DNA from: Tubiluchus corallicola
Lineage: Eukaryota; Animalia; Priapulida
NCBI GenBank assembly: GCA_030141605.1
Contig: JAQGDQ010000018.1
Span: forward strand, 992,001 to 1,056,000
DNA length: 64,000 nt
Direction of reading: 5' to 3'
Shown piece after piece: positions 11,990 through 23,200 of the stretch (position 1 is its first letter; every line of letters starts with the position of its first letter). Position numbers and translations under genes: made by a program. The notes beneath the pieces are model-generated. The model was not told the origin of the DNA. It saw only the letters and a list, made by a program, of their open reading frames with translations, and ran no database searches.

Positions 11990-14315
11990 CTAAAAGATGC
12001 AGAGTGCCTGAAGACGTTTAAAAGCATACATGTACACCACATTTTTTGGATTGAAGTAAGTACTGTAAAGTAAGTATTGGAAGGAACAATGAGATCTAAG
12101 CCTTTCTGGGATTTGAGAAGAATGATGGGCAGTAAAAAAGAGGAAAGATATGTGATTAAAGAAAATGATGGCAGGGTGATCAGTGACAGTGAACAAATTA
12201 AAGAGAGGTATATGAAATGTTATGAAGAATACTCGCAATAGAGGAAGTAGAAGAAAAAGTCAATAAAATTTTCAGCCAAATTATAGAGATAGGAAAAAAG
12301 AGAAAATAAGCGAAATAAATGTGGAAGAGGTGGATGAAGTAATAAGAGATTTAGAAAAACTTAAGGCGGGTGACCTTCAGGGATGGCCAATGAAATGATA
12401 ATATATGCAGGCAAAGATTTAAAAGAAAGCATAGTAAGAATGTTGAACCAAGTTAGGGAATTTGAAATTCCTGATCAGAGGAAACAAATGAAAATAAAAT
12501 CAATAAAAAAGGAGTTAACAGACATATATCACCGACAGAAGTGGAATATTTTTAAAAAATACACTGATGAAATTATATGAAAGGATATTATTGAAAAGAA
12601 ATGAAGAACTTTTAGAAAATGTGATTATAGAAAGTCAGTGTGGTGGGAGGCAGAAAAGAGGAACTTCTGACCATATTTTTACAATTTACCGAATAATGGA
12701 ATATTACAAATGGGTAGGCCAAAAGCTAAAAATAGTTTTCCTTGATGCAGAGAAATGTTTTGATAAATTGTGGCTAAGGGATTGTTTGATTGAAATGTGG
12801 ATGAAAGGTATGACTCCAGAAGTAATTCATCAGATTTATGAAACGAATAAGATGGGTTGAGCAGTAATAGAAACACCTGTGGGAGAAACTGACTGGTTAC
12901 AACTTGGTGAAATAGCGTGTCTAGGAACAGTATGGGTCCTAGAATGTGCAGTGTAATAACTGACAGAGTTAACAGTGTTGGAAGAAGTCTAAATGTTGCA
13001 GTAGGACCTAACTTAAGAATAAATGCAAGAGTATATGTAGATGACATTGCAGGTATGGGCAATGATGAGCAAATACATGATGTGGTGCATAATTGTGCGT
13101 TTTTTGAAAGAACAAAAAAGACTTAGCACAATTAAAAAACAGATACTACGAATAGGAAACAAAAAAAGAAGCCAAACTACTCAATATAATACTGGAGTAA
13201 GAGTTAAAAAAGGACAGATTGATGAAACCACGTGGTATAAATATCTAGGGGATTATATACAAGAGAATGGGAAAAATTATGTAAATATTTCTAAAAGAGA
13301 AGAAAAAGTGGGATGTATGGTGAGGGATGTCTTAAATTGGAGTGATATAAACAAAGTTGGTAGATTTGCAATGCAGATAAGGCTGAGTTTCTTAGAGTCA
13401 ACTATGTTACCCCGAGTGATTTATAATACAGAAACACTGAGTGGAGTAACAAAAGTAGAAATGGGCAGGATGGAAAAAATTCAGAAGAATATGTTACAAA
13501 AACTATTGTCACAGAAGTTATTGGGGTATGCTAATAGAAATAGGTGTGTTGCCGATTGAGCAAAGAATAGATTACAAGAGACTGATGCTTTTACATAATG
13601 TAGTAAATTCAAGTGAGTCAAGAGATGCACAAAAGATGATGGAAAGTATGTGGAGCAAAGAAATAGAAGGAAGTGGGACAGAAGAAGTTAGAGGTCTTAG
13701 TGAGAAATATGATATAGGTATACGAGTTAGGGCATATAAAGACTCTGTTTGGAAGTCATTAAAAAGTCAGTTTGGAAGAAGCATGTAAAAGAAAACATAA
13801 GAAAATTTATTAAAGTTAGTGCACATCACCATATATACTCAAAAACTAAGTTAAGATTCTTAACTTATGAGCATGATAAACCCAAGCAGTATATAACTGA
13901 GTTAACACCAGAACAGACAAAAAGGGTTTTAGAGATAAAACAATATGCTACCACTAAAATGTAATAATAAAGTAAGTTTAAAGGAGATCTATGGTGTCAC
14001 TATGTGATAAAGAAGAAGATACGACAGAGCGTCTATTCAAATATACGGTGATAAGAAATGTGTTACCAACTGCAGAAGTGAATTTCCAAAATCTGATTGA
14101 GTCAGAAGTTCCACAAATAGCAAAGCAGTTGTTGGAATTTGTTGAAATAGCAATGGAAACAAGAAAAAGAAGAGGTGTCGTGCTGGATATTTAGCCAAAA
14201 TAACAATAGTCATAAACAGTTTATATAGTATTAAGGTATGAACATGTTTCTTGTGTCTCGCATGGTGATAGTCATTTGTGCCTATCTAACCAGATAGAGT
14301 GGACACCGAGGAAAC
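11990..14315 (+). mobile_element. Degenerate, 5'-truncated non-LTR retrotransposon (LINE) with a frameshifted reverse transcriptase
   Basis: A chain of overlapping ORF fragments carries RT motifs: KAGDLQGW/NEMI, Q-GGRQKRGTSDHIF, VFLDAEKCFDKLW, SMGP, YVDD (13034-13045), YKYLG and YNTE. A C-terminal LCDKEEDTTE zinc-knuckle relic follows. The sense strand is purine-rich, and no endonuclease domain is visible. Confidence 0.92.
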
Positions 14316-14884
14316 GGTGAAACAGCTGTGTTTTCTGATTTCTTTATTGTTTTTTTTTTATTCATCGTTCCTGCTCTTCTCGTTAAGAATTATCTCTGCA
14401 TTGCTGTTTTGGTATGCCACCATAAAAGGGTGCCTCACTTTATTATTACATTACATAATATTATACATATTTGTAAGAGTATTCAGTTCAGTGTCACATA
14501 AAATAATGCGTTCTATGACGCTCGCGTATAGACCAACGATAAAATACGATTCGAGGCACAACCACGGCCCATTGGAGATTTTCCGTCTTGCTAATTACCG
14601 TTGCTTTTGGTAAAATGCTACAATTGAATTTACTGCAATTTATATTGCTGTTTTACCTTTAACTAGGTTTGGTAGTGAGCGCTAGCGCAATTTTAATGTG
14701 TTTAGTTTTTCCAACGTTAAAATTTAAACAATTTTGAAAGCAGATACAGTAAGTCTTTGTTTAAAGATGCTTATGAGCATCATACTACGTTAAGCGAAGC
14801 ATAACTTACATAGAATTATGCTTAATTTGTATAAATTAAATATTTTATTAACTTTATCCACATTTAATTTGTTGATTTGTACTT

Positions 14885-15115
14885 TCGTTGAAACCACTTA
14901 TCTTGTTACCTAGACCGAGAGCTATACTTCATTATTGTCCTTGATTTCATTCTCATTAACATCGTAGCCCTACTCAGTTACTGTTAGTGTTAGACACTGT
15001 GTAATAAAAGCCAAGCCCGAGATGGTCTTGGGACGATTTCTTCTAGACATTTCCATACTAATTGCTATAGCAACAGGTTGCAGGCAGAATTCCTTTGCAT
15101 AAATTTGGTCCTCAT
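14885..15115. repeat. Dispersed repeat, copy 2 (inverted relative to 3780-3990)
   Basis: Shares blocks including TTGCTATAGCAAC, GCCAAGCCC and GAAACCAC with copy 1. Confidence 0.6.
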
Positions 15116-16857
15116 GTGTGTGAAGGTGTAATCGCAAATGCAGACGGCTTTAGCATATCTTGAAAATGAAACGTGTCGTCATGTAAGAGAAAGGTATTCA
15201 ATGTTCAACATCGTTAACATAGTCCCTAAATGAGGAGAGGAGCAGTCCCTAAGCGAGGATGGACTGCATTGCCTAAGTGTCCACTTAATTGTCTTGGGCA
15301 AAACGATTTTTATGATTTCACTTAAAACCAATATTCAGCATATTTCACCTCAACAGTGCATCAACATAACTCTTATGGTTTGCCAGTAACCCTCATACCT
15401 ATTATACATGATTTTAAAATTATTTACACTAGAATCTGAAAAAAATCTGAAATAACTAAAATACTTTGTTTTTGTTTGTTTGCTTATATTTGCTCTGATA
15501 TAAGCTTGATAAAGTAGCTAGGCAAAAAATCTTAACCAGAAAAGTAGAACAATGTTTATAGTTAAAGATCTTGAAGCTCAAAAAAGTAACAAATTTTATT
15601 TTGTAAATATTTTGCTTCTTATATTGTATAAATTATAAAATTAAACTTGGCTTTATGCAAATTATGCTTTGATATTTCCATTGATTGTGCCTGGAGACCT
15701 TCGAGATTCACAATTGTCAGCACTGAAGATACATAGCATTGCCGTAAAAAGTTAAATAAACAATATTTATGCTTTATTTGAACTATTTTAGCCAAAAAAT
15801 TTTTAGCGATTTTTAACATATATGTGAAAAAATATAGCTGGATAAATGCTGTTAAAACCTTGGAAAAATGCTACCAATAGTTTTGGCTAAAGTTAATAAT
15901 TTTCGACGAAAACGAAACTCAACCGAAAGTGCAATTAGCAGCAAACCGAAACGAAACTGTCGTTTCAGTAATATCCCTGTACTCAACTACATTATACTGC
16001 AATTGTATTTTCATTCAATTAAGGCTTTAGTGCATTGATATACATATTTCATCTTTAGCTCCTTCTTCAGTTGTTTCACCCTCTGAGACACATATTCAAT
16101 GATTGTCATCACTTCATTGACAACCTTGTCCCTGACATTATGAACATTTTTCCAGTGCTATGTAAATACAAAAGAAACTAACTGATTTACTGGGAAATTA
16201 TCACCAATTATGTTTTACCAACAGTTTCGTCCTGACACAGCTTTCATACTAACATAGCAAGTTTTACTAATGAATTTTTTAGTTACTTTCCACTATATTA
16301 CAGTTAAACTAGAAGTAACTTAATTATTTTTTTAATTACTTTCCAGTACTTACTTTGTAATTACTAGGCAATTACTTATGTCCTATGCTATACCAAAATA
16401 TATTCCTATGTCTGCCAGTGCTTTTACTAGCTTGGTAGTCTACAAAATATTTTACCAATAATATCCATTTCACTGATTTTACCCACTTTCTAACTTTTAG
16501 GTTAAAGAATTAGATGAAACAACTAAGTTCTATTTTTTCGATATTAGGTGAAATTTAAAAAATTGTGTTTCAAAAGGATGTGACACAAGATTAATTCTGA
16601 ACAAGGCAACATTCAGAATTTAAAATGTGTAGCGGTTCCACAGTAAGCATTTGCTTAGACTTAGCTATTATATAATATCTAGAAGGTACTTCATTAACTT
16701 ATGTAAAGACAGAATAACTTTGGACGGGAAATGCTCATCAGAATTATATTGAATATCTGAGAAATAAACAGTTATATCCCACAATAAAATGTAATCTAGC
16801 ATAACAAGTCCTTAATGTATGATTGTTTACATTTTACAGTTTGCTTAGGAACATAAC

Positions 16858-17832
16858 ATGGCAGATGAGATAATGGAATTCAATTCACTTGACATTTACT
16901 TCAAATGTACAGCCTGTTCAGAATGTTTTATGTCGGAAGATATTTTTTTTGCACATACCCGTACCTGGCATTGTAAGATCCTGATTAGCGAAGGACAGGT
17001 TGTTGACAGCAGTTACGACAGCTCACCAGTGGATGTTCATCAACATAGAAATGGTGAAAATGCAAGTTTTGCTAACAAGCTAAATCTTTTTCCCACAGCT
17101 CCTTCAGTTACTTCCAATCTGAAAGCTCCAGATCATGCTGCATTTAATGATCCATCGATGGTTTACAATGAGGATTTGTTGGACAGTAAATATGGCTTAC
17201 AGCTTTCACATGGACAATCACATGCTGGCAGTGTAACTGTGTCTAAATGTAGTAAGGATGATGGCCATGTTTTTGATAGGAAGATCAACAGCAGTAACTC
17301 AGCAAGTATAACTCCAGTGACTAAACATAAATCGGTGTTCGACATGAATATGAAATGCATGCAGTTTGATGAAGCAGTACCTAGCATAGCTTCTGTTTCC
17401 AGTTCTGTTGCTAGACCTAATCATTTTTTTTCACCAAAATGTGAAAATTTACCAGTGCTTAACCTGAACGAAAGACGAAAGAATGGTCGTCCCAAAACCA
17501 TGACCCTGGCGAAGAACTTTTCTGATGTAGCCTCAACTGTTTCTGGAACAAATCGGAGGTCACAGAGCCGAAAAGTTGTATATGTGTGTCAGTGGTGCAA
17601 GAAAGCATTTCCTAATTTCAATAGTTTGCAAGTACATGAACGTACTCACACAGGTGAAAAACCATTTAGGTGTGAGGTGTGTCAAAAATGTTTTACTCAG
17701 GGTGGTACGTTAACTATTCACATGAGAATTCACACTGGTGAACGACCTTATAAATGTGACAAGTGTCCAAAAAGCTTTCCACGGGCCACCCTTTTAAACA
17801 AGCACAAACTGCTTCATACTGACGTTGAATGA
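16858..17832 (+). CDS. C2H2 zinc-finger protein, 324 aa (one N-terminal finger, three C-terminal Kruppel-type fingers)
   Basis: The uninterrupted ORF has CTAC...HTRTWH at the N-terminus and three CxxC-x12-HxxxH fingers joined by TGEKP/TGERP linkers. It also has an AT-hook-like RRKNGRPK. A splice acceptor TTTTACAG ends at 16839, just before the ATG, and a probable non-coding exon lies at ~16501-16643. Confidence 0.93.
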   Translation: MADEIMEFNSLDIYFKCTACSECFMSEDIFFAHTRTWHCKILISEGQVVDSSYDSSPVDVHQHRNGENASFANKLNLFPTAPSVTSNLKAPDHAAFNDPSMVYNEDLLDSKYGLQLSHGQSHAGSVTVSKCSKDDGHVFDRKINSSNSASITPVTKHKSVFDMNMKCMQFDEAVPSIASVSSSVARPNHFFSPKCENLPVLNLNERRKNGRPKTMTLAKNFSDVASTVSGTNRRSQSRKVVYVCQWCKKAFPNFNSLQVHERTHTGEKPFRCEVCQKCFTQGGTLTIHMRIHTGERPYKCDKCPKSFPRATLLNKHKLLHTDVE

Positions 17833-17875
17833 GAATGTGTGTGGCCATATAAAATGACAGGTCTAGAGACAAAAT

Positions 17876-18296
17876 ATGGCAAACAGCATAATGGAATCCA
17901 GTTCACTAATACTTACTTTAAATGTGCAGCTTATTCTAAATGTTTTGTATGTTAAAGGACATTAAATTTTGCTTTGCAGATACTTATGCAAGCTGATTCA
18001 AGTTGACGCTGGTTTTAAAATAAATGATACAGCTTACAAATATGACAAATATCTGAAAACCTTCATCATACTGCATTTTTAAACGAGCATAACGAGTGCC
18101 TTTTGTTTTTGGTTAGATAAAAAACAGTCAATTTTATAAATATGACAAGTATCCAAAATTATCAACAAAAACAGTTACTGCATACTATCTTTTGTTACAT
18201 GTATGCAGCCTTGTGAATACATTGAGATGTAAGTTGGTGCATGCTGGTTTTGAAAAAAGCGCCTGCCGGATATTATAAATACGATAAATGTCTAGA
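17876..18296 (+). pseudogene. Decayed tandem partial copy of the upstream zinc-finger gene
   Basis: ATGGCAAACAGCATAATGGAATCCAGTTCACT...TACTTTAAATGTGCAGCTTATTCTAAATGTTTT aligns to the gene start ATGGCAGATGAGATAATGGAATTCAATTCACT...TACTTCAAATGTACAGCCTGTTCAGAATGTTTT. Three degenerate copies of the last-finger sequence TATAAATGTGACAAGTGTCCAAAA lie near 18033, 18133 and 18273. Frameshifts and stops are present. Confidence 0.8.
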
Positions 18297-19929
18297 TTCT
18301 AGAAGCTGTATTAATTGGGCTTAAAAATGTTTGCAAGATATGGTATGGTTGGGTTTTGGTGTCTCATATAAAATTGTTCAAATTTTTGCCTAGAATGATG
18401 GATATAATGCCTAGTTCTAACACAAACACACTAGCAAAGTTTTCATATTTGATGCATATGCACTGTGCAGCTTATGCTGTTGCAAGAATGCGCTGTAAAC
18501 AAGTCACACTAGCATTTCTGTAATATTTCATTGCTACTGTATTAGTTTTGTAGCGCAGGAGAGTTGAGAATATGAGCCTTTTCACCTGAGTTTTGAATTT
18601 CGAGTATTTATATTGACTAGCTGTTTGTCTTAGTAAGTGCAGCGGACTTAGTAAGAACTTTTATTAGAGTCTTGAATTTTAAGTTTCTATATGAATCTGC
18701 CACTTCTTGATATTATTGTTATTTGTTTTATTTTAATAATTGCAGGACATGAATGTGCATTGTGTACATGGTGACTTGTTATCCACCCGTGCCTTGCACA
18801 CTTGGAAAGACTGGCACTTTTACAGCTAAAAAGAAATGAGGCCTCGGTGAAATTATTGAAACTAAGTTATTGCTGTTTTTTCATGAAGTCTTTCATGACA
18901 AGGAGTGAAACACTCACCACCCGTTAACTGAAGTGGCAAAAAAATTAACAGTGGCATGAGTGGACTAGTGTTATTTTTGTTTTCATATTAATTATGTGTT
19001 CAAAATAGTAATATATTAATTTAATGTAGATCATGTAATCATACAGTTATCCTACTACATTATAATACCAATACCTAGCCTAAATGGCTGATATTGTTTA
19101 AGAAAGGAATTTCATGGGCCATTTCACAATACAAAATATATGCAGCCACTAATAATGACAATTTTTATTTTTCAAAATAATTACTATAAGTTTTGTCAGT
19201 TTTAACAAATGTATTTTCTTACGAACATCTTTGTGATTAGTGTTGATTGACAAATTAGCAAATGTACACGTTTATAAGTCCACAGTTCTATGTTTTGTCC
19301 CTGCGCGGCAAAAACTGTGTTCCTGAATAGCTGCTTTTTGTCTAATCAAATGTAAACTAAATGTTATAGTGGCAAATCTGTAGTTGTTGTAAAAGCTTTT
19401 TACATAAACACTTTATTATTGATATAATTATATTGTTATGTTTTGTGTACTTTTCTTTAGAAAGTAGTGTGTTACATTAATTTGAATCATTTATTTTAGT
19501 GTTTTATTATGTAAAAATAAAATAACACCTGTAACATGAACTAGAAGTCATTGGCTTTTCCACTAGCAATGAAATAACGATATCCAACAAGAAGTGAAAG
19601 GGCTGTTTCACAAGCAAAAAGTATGTGGATCACATAATACTGATTTTTGAACCTGCAGATTTATCTTAATGTTCTCAAATCATTTCTTATAACAAGCCAT
19701 GTTGCAAGATGTACTTTCTTTTTCAACAAATTTAGTATTTTAGCACCCACCCAAGGGCTGATGTTTCTGATAGAGTTAAGGTGCTATTCTTGTCATAACG
19801 GGCTATTGAACCACTTACTGAAGCTGACAATTATTATTTTCTGTATCAAAAATCTCCAAAAAGTTGGCGGTATCAGACACAAAAATGTGCCTCTAGACGA
19901 AAATGAGAGGCACAATGAAGAATAATTGT

Positions 19930-20257
19930 CGGGCTAAAATGTGGGTGATGCTTAATAGCTACTACTAATACACATTATTAGATTTCTTGTTTTATGTGTG
20001 TGCGTAGTCGTGGTAAGGGGTGCGGTGTACCGCATAAACTGATACACATGAAAAAAATCAACGAAGGGCTTATTTCGACTCGGTTAACATATTTCCAATA
20101 TGTCGACTTCGTGTTACCCTTGTGTATTCATTATTAAACAGTTGGTTAAAAAACGAACATTATATTTTAATGTAATAGAAATAACGACATTTTAATGAAG
20201 TACGTGTGTAGTTCTAAAACATAGAACCGGCACGTGAACGGCTCATCAAACATCATT
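19930..20257 (+). promoter_or_regulatory. Probable IPO4 promoter/5'UTR with E-box CACGTG (20231-20236)
   Basis: A locally CpG-rich stretch lies directly upstream of the IPO4 start codon, and the canonical E-box starts 27 nt before the ATG. Confidence 0.5.
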
Positions 20258-23200
20258 ATGGATACACCTTCTTTAGACGACATTCTTTCTAAACTTTTGG
20301 TTCCAGATAATAAAATAATACAAGAAGTACGTATCTTAGCCTCTGCCAATTCAGTTTAGTTTAAGTGGCTGCAACGTGTATACCAGAAATAAGTGTCATT
20401 TGCTAAGTCATACACAACATACGAATTATTAAAAATTTGTTACTCTAACTAACGTCTATAGTATTACTAGTAAGTATTACTATTACTAGTATTAATTATT
20501 AAAGGGAAAGAGAAAAAGTCAGCGAATGAAGAAACAGAAGCGGCGTGCTAATGATAAGCTGAAGATGATTTGCACTGTAACTGTTTGTAATAATCTTCGA
20601 AAAATTGTATATCATTTAGGCAAAATTAAAAAAACTAAATTGCATTTCTGTTTTCAATTTATCCCAGAAATCTTTACTTTAGCGAGTCATAGTGATAGCC
20701 TTTTCTAGTGGCTCGGACAGCTCATTTATATTTAAATGACTTGAAGGCCTGGTTGGCAATAATGACATGCATGTACTCATAAGTCGATTTGCCAGGCCTC
20801 ATTTTATAGATATCGGGAAATTCGGACAATCGGCAAATTTGGACCGACGTTTCCCCGCTTTTGTCTGGCAAACCGAGATATGAGTGTATTGAAGATTTGA
20901 TCCACATAATTGATAATTTGCCTTGAAGTTTCAGGCATCAGTAGTAGAGACACGGACCATATTGTATTTTGCAGAGTGCACTGTAAATGGATATGGGTTC
21001 GGAGCTCGGTCACAAATGCATTTTACTGCTAATATAATATAGCTTGGGATTCTTTATTGACTTAAAGTTTAAAGCGCAATATATATTGAATGATAATTTT
21101 ATAGTATTGAAAAATCACACTTTAGCAATTAAAATTCTAAATGCTGCTAGAAATATACCTGTAGCCCTATTAAAATATGTTAAACGTCTGTATAACCCTA
21201 CTAATAATAGTAATATGATTTCCACTTTCTGTCCCAAATGTAGTGCCTACACGTTTTCTATCTTAGTGTAATGCCACTAATGCTGAGCACTGATGATGGT
21301 AATGATGTTATTTGTAGAGTGCAGGAATCGACCAGTCTCATCAGCTACATTGCAATACAGATGACTGCAATAAAAATATAAGCACACTAATTAAATGCTA
21401 GCTAAAGGGAAGTTTATTCGGCAGTTCATAATTTTGGCCTGTTTATCATGGAGCTAATGACATTAAAATACAGTGAAATTTTTTTTCACGGTAAATAAAT
21501 GATTTGGAACTATTTAATGAATTGCAACAAGTTTGTTAATTAAATCTTTATTATTCCTGATCTATGAAATAAACTAACTTTTATTTATTATTCATAAAGG
21601 GAGTTACTTCATAAAGTATAATTTATCATTTTGCAACACTGCAAGTTTAGTAAGCCTTGGTTGTGGGCAACATGGTGAAGATAGAATTCTTGTGAATGTG
21701 TGTAGTTAAACTGGGAAAATGTTTATGCAACGCATTTTGGGCAGTTGGGGTGACACCTGGTACCATTTATAGCGTTTAGTTAATAGTATTCTACATAGTT
21801 AATGATTATGGTTTATTTTTTGCAATACTCGAGACAAACGTTGATTTTCGATTTAATTTTGCTTAATTTTGGTTTTCGGGAAAGCCGGGCAACATTCCGG
21901 ACATGGCAGCCGTGCGCACGTGCACAGTGCAACACAAGCAGGTTTTTATTTACAATTTTTAATTTGATCTTTGGCTTGCAAAGAACTTCAGACGCTCATG
22001 CAAGTAGTCACAGGCGTAGCAAGGTGAGGGGGAGGACAGGGTGAAATCTTCCCCGGGCATATGGGTGAAAGGGTGCAAATTCTTCTAGAGTTCAATGGCT
22101 GTTAATTATTAATTACCAATCCAGCATTAACAAAACAATTAACAAAAGTTTTCCAACTACAACAAAACTGCCTAATCAGAGCTCATCGTATCTAACTTAG
22201 TTCCTACATACAGCTTAGAAAAAAGTCGAATGTTGTTACTTAAGGGCACATATAGGGTGTCGTACGGCTTAGCAGATCAATAATTTTGAGAGAAACAGTG
22301 GCGTTTCTCTCAAATTTTTAATACCGATTGTATTATTGTAAAAATCTGTAGTGTTCTATATCATTCATAATCTTTGCATGTTTTAATGCTGGAGCTGGAT
22401 GTTTAAGAACCATGTTACGTGCTGCTAATAAATAGAAAAAAATTATTCTGGTTCGGTACCGCAAATCGTACTCGGTGATTCTTAGGAAAAATTCATTTAT
22501 CTTTATCCCATCATCTCAAAATAGGAAAGTCGGACTCGGAGACACAAAAAACGCACACAGTTTGCGGCTTCACCCCCAAAACAAATGATCAAGACGTTAA
22601 AATGGTAGGGCGCTACAAGTTTTTTTGCCCCCGGGCGCCACAAACACTTACTATGCCATTGGCCACATAGGGCTTTAGTGCAACATAATTAGATTTTTAT
22701 TTACAATTTTTAGTTTGATTTTAGGCTTCTAAAGAACTTCAGATAGCATTTCGCAATCCAAGCATTATTCCTGAACTGTGCCAAATTTTATCTAATCAAC
22801 CAAGTGATCAGGTAAATTTATGTAACATGTTTAACAGAATAAGCATTGTCATCTTCTTGTTAATCTAAACTGAATCGCGAAGATAGTGATTTTTTGCTAA
22901 CTGCTTGAAGCATGTACCACAAATATTTGTCCAGAAATGTGGCAGTACCTCAGTAAGCATTGATATTTGGCATCTACAGTGAAATTTCACTTATCGACGG
23001 GCTGTTAAGTGAACTGTGGTAAAATGAAGCTGCACTTTTCATATGAGAAAATGTAATTAGACTTAGTTAAAAAAAATAAAAATTTAAGAGATTTTATTGC
23101 TTGTTGTACATGTGCACAATTTTTTACAAAGCAAAAAGTACTGGCAACCATTTGTTGCAACGAACGATTTTGTAGTGCTTAGCCAATTTGCATTAAATTA

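Noticed and set aside
12679-13062. 127-aa minus-strand ORF
   Set aside because: It is the antisense shadow of the LINE reverse-transcriptase region.
18229-18830. Possible 3'UTR intron (GTAAGT at 18229, TTGCAG at 18745) or extra exon of the zinc-finger gene
   Set aside because: Only splice-like motifs are present, the downstream frames close quickly, and there is no independent support.
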